A DNA stretch of 64,000 bases from the human T2T-CHM13v2.0 reference genome, Homo sapiens, in NCBI RefSeq assembly GCF_009914755.1, contig NC_060935.1. One strand, written 5' to 3'. Under the pieces are notes generated by a model. It saw only the letters and a program-made list of their open reading frames with translations, was not told the DNA's origin and searched no databases. Of this stretch, positions 57,046-64,000 are shown in pieces. Each line of letters opens with the position of its first letter. Positions within the stretch are counted from its first letter, which is position 1. The translations under genes were made by a program, and so were the position numbers.

Positions 57046-57300
57046 GCGGGCGCCCACGCCCGGCTCTTATAGTCGCGCCAGCCCGCGGCCCAGGGCCCGC
57101 GCGGGCCTCGCTGGCCTCGCGCCCGCGCCAATGGGCGCCCGCGGAGCCCTCGCCCCGCCCCCGGCCCGCCCCCGCAACCCGAGCCAAGAGCGGGGCGGGG
57201 GGTGCGGGCTGGGGGCCCTGGGGCCCCGGGGGGGGGGGGCGGCGGTCGCAGGGGCTGGGGGGTGCGCGGGGGCGAGGCTGGGTGGGGGGCAGGGAGCCGC
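57046..57300 (-). promoter_or_regulatory. IGF2: IGF2 promoter P3 (major fetal promoter)
   Basis: TATAAGAG at 57071-57064, inverted CCAAT box at 57128-57132, and GC boxes at ~57150-57210. Confidence 0.88.
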
Positions 57301-57787
57301 AGAGCGCCAAGGCCATGCTGAATGCCCGTTCTAGAGAATTCAGGGGCCCCATCCCGGGTTTCTGGGGTGCCCGGGCGGCCTGTGCTCGTGAGCTGGGGTC
57401 TCCGGGCAGGCAGGGGCAGGCGGGCTCCCAGCGCCCCACCAGGAGGCTGCACTGCGGGTGCGCCCCGTCTGAGTGCAGATGCAGGTGGCTTGGGGCTGAG
57501 TCGGGGGGTCCTTGCTGGTTGTTGCGGCTGAGGGGGCCCCTGGGCTCGGGCGGGGCGCGCAGCCGCCACCTGCCCCAGCAGGAGGAGCCGGCCACGCGGC
57601 GCTTGGAGCCTCAGCCAGATCCCGAGCGCCCCCCGGTGCCGCGCCGGAGCCCCGGAGCCCCCGCCAGGTGCGGGACGCGCGGAAGGCCGGCTGCGCCGGG
57701 CCGAATCTGGGCCAGGCTTGGAGCCTACGGAGGCTCCGGCCGCCAGAGGAGAGAGGATCAGGGCGGGAAACACAGCTCAAATCCTAC

Positions 57788-57949
57788 CTGCATGGCCGAG
57801 CTCACCGGGGTGCGTCTAAGTAGCTCGCCTTTGCGGCCCACCCAAAATATCTGGATAATGGTTACCCCGTCCTCAGTGCGTTGGACTTGCATAGACGCGA
57901 GTTCGGTCTCGGGGGCCACCACGATAATTTGGGGGTCTGGGGAAACCAT
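57788..57949 (-). CDS. IGF2: IGF2 alternative 165-nt exon (57788-57952) encoding the N-terminal extension of the 236-aa isoform
   Basis: ccag|GAG ATG then MVSPDPQIIVVAPETELASMQVQRTEDGVTIIQIFWVGRKGELLRRTPVSSAMQ|gtagga. 54 codons splice in frame to ACA CCA ATG (54+2+180=236 aa). Confidence 0.93.
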
Positions 57950-58296
57950 CTCCTGGAGAGTTTGAACGATGTAAGAAAGCACTGTGATTTTTACCAAGTC
58001 AAAAACCACGCACAAAATCCCGCACCCCGCCAGCCCCCCGCCGCCTAAGCCTAGCCAAGGGGAAGGGGCCGCCGGCGGAATCTCGCGCCCCCCTGGCCCC
58101 CCTCGCCCCCCTCGCTCCGCCATCAATCACTTCGCCCGCGCTCCGCGCGCGCCTCCCGGCGGAGTCCTAGGCCCGCGGGCTAGAGGCACTTTACCGCCCG
58201 GCGGGAGCGCCTCTCCTCCGCGTCCCTCGCCCCAGCCCCCTGCCCGCCCCACTTTGGGACCCTCCAGCCGCTTTCCCCACAAATGAGATCTTTGCA

Positions 58297-58600
58297 ATGA
58301 GCAAACGAAAGTGGCGCGGATTTCGGGGCGCCCAGCAGGAGCGAGCGCAGCCGCCAGCCGCAAGTCCGCAGCCGTGTCCCGCGCCCCACGCCGGCCTCCC
58401 CGGCGGCAGCCGGAGACGAGCGCCAGCACCGGCGGGACAGCAGCAGATGCGGGCCGAGAGCCGGTCAGGGGCGCAGAGGCGGAGGGGATCGGCGCGGCGG
58501 GGAGCTCACCGCGAAGCTGGAGGCTGCGTCCGCGGGCGCACCAGGAGCTCAGGCAGCGAGCGATCGAACGCTCTGTGGCAGGCGGTGGACGCTGCTGAAG
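58297..58600 (+). CDS. IGF2-AS: Putative IGF2-AS ORF, exon 1 part (doubtful coding status); continues at 63897
   Basis: ATG at 58297, MSKRKWRGFRGAQQERAQPP...WQAVDAAE, joins in phase 1 to ALALSSPLRRPWDQAQHFTNPAPFSKGPQSAPPSP. Confidence 0.4.
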
Positions 58601-58900
58601 GTGAGCGAGACCCCGGGGCCAGTCCTCAGTGTCCGGGAGCAACGCCCAGTCCGTTGGAAGACCCGGGGACAATGCCCAAATTTGGGGGAGACTGGGGGCA
58701 ATGCCCGGTCGCTTTCCTGGACACGGGGAAGCCCTCCCTGTCCACGTCCTGAGGGCGCGCGGCCGACCCAAGTGTGTTTGGGCAACGCTAGAGAGAAATT
58801 TCCCAAATCCGAGTTGCTCTGGGGACTTCGTAGGAGACAGAGAGGCCCGAAACCAGTGCCCGCTGTGCGCGGGGTTGGGGAAGCTGCAGTGGGTGGCCGG
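58510..58900 (-). other. IGF2: IGF2 P2 non-coding leader exon (5' end uncertain)
   Basis: Donor CAGCTTCGCG|gtgagc at 58510/58509, upstream of the 165-nt exon. TATA-less, so the start site cannot be placed from sequence. Confidence 0.72.
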
Positions 58901-61549
58901 CGAGCCGGGAACAATGCCCAAATTTTGGGGAACGCAAGGCAGAGTTCTTTCTGCCTTGCGGGCTTAGCGAATGGGTGTCCTGGAGGAGGGGACCCCGGGG
59001 ACTCCGTTAATGTGGGAACCGTGATTAATGACTAAACTCGAGACTCCAGAAAAATAGATTACAGGTTTGGGGGATGAGAGAAGTTGCTCCATGCAATTGG
59101 GAACATAGAGAAAGAGGTCTCAAATAGGGGCCAGCTAGCTTGGGGGACCAATTTGTGAGGAGGGGTAGTTAAAGAAAATTCTCCATATGAAATTGGGAAT
59201 TTTGCCGTAGAGCCATATTACGTAAAATTGGCAGATGAAAGCAAGGAACACATTTTGGGGATCCAAACACATTCTTGGTGTGTTAGGGGGAAGCTGAGAT
59301 TAATTTTCACATCTTAAGAATATAAGTTAGTGGCCTGGACGCTGGCAGCAGCCGGGGAAAAAATAACCTTCATAATTACTGTGGCTTCAGGGAAAGGTTT
59401 TAACACCCTTCAGAGATGGAAGAAAGCACTGTCTAGATTTTGGGGGAGCCTGGAGTGTGATCAGTACATTTGGGGAAAGCAAAATAAAAAATAAAAAAAT
59501 AAAAAATCAGTATTATTTTTCTATGCTAATTTTTAAATGATTTCCATTAGCTTATTTTTGGTAAATAAGAAAAAGACTATATATTTTCCTGGATGTCGTC
59601 TGCATTTGGGGGAGCCCCAGTGAAACACATTTCAAGTTTTTGGGACACATGGAAATTACCCAATGGAGATTTGATATCTAAATTTCTGGAAACCTAGTTA
59701 GTAGCTAGGAAACTTATAGGTCGCAGGTTTTTCCATGCCTGGGATTTCTTGGGACCCAGGGACATTTTTTAGTGTGCTTTGGGGGTCCATGGAACATTTT
59801 CTAAATGTAGGGGGACCCAGGGCAGGGACCATAAAGTCAGGAGACTCATAAATCAGTATTAAAAAAAAAAAAACCTCAATTGTTTTGTGAAGGGAAAAAA
59901 ATCTCAATTTGCTTTGGAAGGCTGGGAGACAATACCGCAATTTGGGGGCTCCAGGAAAATCGTTTTTGAATCTAAAGATCTAGGGAAGTTGCTCAGAGTC
60001 CTTGGAGGACTTGGGGGTCCATATGTACATTTTAAAGAAAGGGGATTCAGAATTCCTAGGTCTTAGGACTTAGGAATTTTCAGATTTTGTGATAGGGAGT
60101 GTGCAGTGTGTTTGAAGGAAATATTGCTTAACTTTGAGATGACTCAGTGGGTTGTTTGGAGCCCAAGAAATCAGTGCTGTCCTGTGATCCGAGGGCAATG
60201 CTGAATGTTCCTAGAGGGCCTGGAGGGCAGCGTCCAGAACATCCAAGTATGGGGGACCAGGAAAAGGGTCCAGTGTGATCCTGGCCGTTGGGGTTTCAGA
60301 CCAATGCCTGAATTTTAGAAAAGCAAGATTCTTGTTATGAAGCTCCTGGGACCCAGAGAATTGTTTAATAGTCAATATGTTGTGATGCAGAGAAAGTGCT
60401 CGGAATGTTTGGGAACTGGGGCCGTTAGCAACACCTGGCATAACAGAAATAAAAGTAGGCTCTGCCCAAGGGGTCCTTTTGTGCTTGGTGTAGCCCAGAG
60501 GGACCCGGGAGACCCTGTGTGATTTGGGGGGACCTGGAGAATCCTGGGTCACACTTGAGCACCTCCTGGTAACTGCTCAGTGTGCTCCAGGGACCTGGGT
60601 GGCACTGTCTACATCTTAAGGGACCTGATTCGTGGCCAGGCAGCATATAGAGCCATAGACGTTAATGCCCCAAAGCTTTGTGACTCACACACCCACAACA
60701 TTCTCAATAGCTTTGGGGAATCACTGGGGAAATCCCTCCATTTTATGAAACTCAGGCAATCAGAGGGCAGGTCGTTTATGATTCAGAAAAGGATTCAACA
60801 TGCTCTGGGTGTAATGACCGAATTTGGGGGAAGGTATGGGAAGCAATTTTCATACTCTGAGGGTTCCAACCTTCCAGCCCTGCTGAGTGTCATGAGGGAC
60901 TTGGGATTCAACGTGTAAAGTTTAGGGAACCCAGGTTAGTGTGAATAGATTTGCGGGACCCAACAGCAAATGTCCCATGCTGAGGTGAACGGGAAGGGGC
61001 GCGGGGGTGGGGTGGGGGGGCGCGGAATGGGGCGGACGTGTGCGGGAAACAGTAAGCTTAGGAGACCCTGGAGTTAATATTCAAAATTATGCGGGAAAGT
61101 TCCACTTGTTTTGGAAACAATGCCTAAATGTGGAAAAGGCACTGTCCACATCCTGGGGAGCCAGGCAAATTGGTCAGCGCGACCACCACGGACCAAGGGC
61201 TTCGTCTTTAAAATTAGGGAACCCGGGTTAGTGGCCTGTAAATCTGTGGGACCTGGAGGGGGTGTATAAAACTGTCCAGAGCCTGGGAGAAAGCACATCT
61301 GGGGCCCCAGGCCACATAGTGTAAGTCTGGAAAAGCCCGCCGGGACTGATGTGTTTTGACGTCCCCGGAAATTAACGTCCAAGAAAATTATTGTGACCCG
61401 TCGAAATGGTGAATATATTTAGAAGACTTGGGAAGCAATGCTTAAATTTAGAGGATCCCAGAAAAAGTAAAATGTCCGAGTTCGGGGAAAGCAGGGAAGT
61501 TGTTCCGTGGATTGGAATCCCCCGAGGATCAAGGGCTAATTGTTGAGCT

Positions 61550-62100
61550 CAAGCTTCCCGGGCAGCGGAAGGAAGGCGCTGCCGGGGATTCACCTGGGCT
61601 GGGGCGCGCGCGGAGCACTGGCGCCCTCCCCGGGAACCCGAGCGCGGGCGGCGCGGGCAGGTAGCGCGGAGCGCCCTGGCGCGCACGGCCGGCTGAAATT
61701 CTGCTTTTCGTTCTTTGGGGTTTTTCTTCCTTTTGCTTTTATTTTTTTTTTCTTTGCCTTCTCCACACGGAGAGCGCGTTTGTGGCGGCAGCCCGAGCTT
61801 AGCGGGCGTCCGGGTGTAAGGAAGAAACCCAAGGGCCGCGAGGGAGCGACCAGGACGCTGCTTCCCGGGCGCTCCCGGGACTCCCAGATACCTGCTCGGT
61901 CCCCGCGTGGGAGGTCCGCAGGCTCCCCCTCGCCACTGCGCCCCACTCGCCTCCGCGCTGCGAGCCTAGGCGAAGCCGCGGCCGAGCCGCCACCGGGGGC
62001 AGGCTAGTCCCCGGCTTGGCTTGGGGGCCCGGAGCACCCCCGGTGGCCACCTCCGGCCTGCCCCGGAGCTTTGCGCGCGCCGTTCGGGCCTTCGCCAGCA
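61550..62100. promoter_or_regulatory. Small intronic CpG island containing the ZBED6 site
   Basis: CpG-dense segment between the P1 and P2 regions. Confidence 0.85.
61951..61975 (-). promoter_or_regulatory. ZBED6 repressor site (orthologue of the pig IGF2 intron 3 G3072A QTN), wild-type G at 61961
   Basis: Minus strand CTTCGCCTAGGCTCGCAGCGCGGAG contains GCTCGC in the context I recall from the pig element. Confidence 0.88.
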
Positions 62101-64000
62101 CCAAACAAGGGTGAAACCAGTTTTGTTTGGGTAACACTGAAGAGCAGAGGAAGTGGGGAGGAAAATGAGAAACACGGGGCCCGGGAGGAGGGGGGTGCAG
62201 GGCTGCACGCCGCTGGGGTGCCAGGGGTCTCTTTTCGTTCTCTCCAAGCGAATTTTCAGGGAAAGTCTGTCCACTCCGGCTGGGGAAAGCCCAGTTCCTT
62301 ATAGGCAAATATTAAACCCGCATGCAGGCGCCCAACGGCCCTGTCGGCAGGAACAAGGTCACCCCTTGGCGTTGGGCAATGTCGGGCGATGGGGCAGTGG
62401 CCCTAAGGGGACCTGTGGGGTGGGTGGGGGTACTGCCAGAGAGGGGGCACCGCTGGGGACCAGCAGAATGGTGGGGGATCCTGGGGCAACTACAGTGGGC
62501 ATTGCTTGTCCCCATTGTCACCCCATAGGAGGACCCCGGCTAGAAGGGGGGCATCTCAAAGCCTGACACTGGGGAGGCAGAAGTTAATGGCCTTGGACAG
62601 GTGTGGGGAGCTGGGCAGGATGAGGCATCTCTTTCACATTAGCTTGGCAAGACAGGGAGAACCCGCCCCCACCATGAAAAACAGCCCATTTTCCACCCAC
62701 AGAACAAGACACGTGGGAATGTCCCCTTCAAATTTCTGTCTGCATCAATCACCCCCATGTCCCATTCCAAGAACATCTGGCCCATCTCTCCCCACCCATC
62801 ACTGCCCCCCTTCCCACCAGCCTTCTGCAGCCTCCCCGTGTCCCCAGCTCTCTGGCCTCTCCGGCTGTGCCTATAGAAGGGGGAGCCTCCAGCAGAGAAC
62901 CCCTGGCTGTGTTGATGTTTTCCTCTGCAGGGTGACTTGTAAATTTGGGGGTGAGGAGCATTTGAAAGGTGCCTGTCTGCAAACCTGGTCCCCGGGAGAG
63001 CGGACTAGGTTGCCGAGGCTCCCGTCATGGACAAAACCAGGGCCCCCAGGGCCAGCTCTAGGCTCCCCCCACCTTCTCCTCCACGCCTGCTTCCCAGGCT
63101 GGGGACAGGTTGGGCATCGGGGGTGAGCCCCAGTTCCGAGTTGTGGGTTCTCCTCCTCTTTGGGGGTGCTGGGGACAATTACACCAGTGACCTGTTTGGG
63201 GGTCCCTTCCCTTTGTTCTGCCCTGCCGAGGTGCCTTCCCCCAGGGGGCCACCGCTCATGCTTGAAAACGCATGCCTGGACTTTTTAAGGTAGGAAGAAG
63301 GCTGAGGGTCACCTTGGGGTGCCCACAGCAGGGTGTAGTGGCCCTGTAGGGAGGGAGGAGCAGGTGGGGGAGTGGGGGTGCACACATGTTCCCCCTCCCT
63401 CGTGGGGCTGCCTGCTGAGTGCTCTCCTTATTTAGTCAGAAGTGACCAGGGCAGGCTGGAGGCTGGGGCAGACGCGGGTCACCCTGAGGCTCGAAAAGCA
63501 CACCGGCTCCCCTCTAGTCAAGACCAGCATTGGGGTTCTTCCTCAAGACTGGCTCCTCCCCCACTACTTCCAGCCCCCGGAGGTAGGAAGGGTCCCGCCA
63601 GCAGTCCAAGGGTGTTGGGAGGGGGCCAGGGTCTCCTCCCACCCAGAGCTTGGCCGGCAGGAACTTTAGCCCCAAGCAGCGTCCGCCCCCCAGCCCTGAA
63701 CCAGCACCTCACCAGGGCAACGCTAGTCTCCTCTCCACTGGCAAACCCACATTCCACAGAGGATGAACATCCCCTCAAGGACTCAGACTCACCCCATGGA
63801 GCCTGGCCCATGCCCCAGCCTCGGCCTGTGGCTGCTCCCCATCCCCTCGCTCACCAGCCCTGAAGTGGGCCTTTCTCATTCCCATTTCCTCCCCAGCTCT
63901 GGCTCTGAGCTCACCGCTCCGCCGTCCGTGGGACCAAGCCCAGCATTTTACAAACCCAGCTCCTTTCTCCAAGGGTCCTCAGAGCGCCCCTCCGTCACCC

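Larger units (their letters stand above)
55380..58950. promoter_or_regulatory. CpG island over IGF2 P2-P3 and the IGF2-AS start
   Basis: Very high GC content and dense CpG compared with the CpG-depleted flanks. Confidence 0.93.
58165..64000 (+). ncRNA. IGF2-AS: IGF2 antisense RNA (PEG8): exon 1 ~58165-58600, exon 2 from 63897 running off the window
   Basis: Donor GAAG|gtgagc at 58600/58601 and acceptor ttcctccccag|CT at 63896/63897. The spliced frame matches the putative IGF2-AS protein as I recall it. TSS approximate. Confidence 0.85.

Noticed and set aside
55129-57965. Many 150-350-aa Arg/Gly/Pro/Ala ORFs on both strands
   Set aside because: Expected from stop-codon scarcity in a CpG island; only the specific frames discussed under findings were kept.
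62100-64000. IGF2 P0/P1 exons, DMR0, INS-IGF2 upstream exons and the H19 ICR
   Set aside because: They are not identifiable here and are expected to lie outside the window.

Overview
Human (primate) genomic DNA from the imprinted H19/IGF2 domain at 11p15.5. The left ~46 kb is GC-rich intergenic sequence downstream of IGF2, with Alu, L1, MaLR LTR, Charlie1/MER58 and MIR/L2 remnants, large (GGAT)n-type arrays and several minisatellites. The right ~18 kb holds IGF2 on the minus strand: three coding exons (157+149+237 nt, 180-aa preproIGF-II), a ~3.9-kb 3'UTR, intronic MIR483, the P4/P3/P2 leader exons, and the 165-nt exon giving the 236-aa isoform. It also holds the promoter CpG island, IGF2-AS on the plus strand and the ZBED6 site. 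No previously undescribed gene system is demonstrable from sequence alone. The best leads are an in-frame GUG/CUG N-terminal extension in the AUG-free P3 leader, a 71-bp fold-back Alu palindrome, a 66-bp dispersed inverted repeat, an LTR-edge KLF-motif minisatellite, and strand-biased motif clusters (AATTGGC, CCCCAAA). Gene, isoform and repeat-family names rest on recognition from memory, not on a database search.
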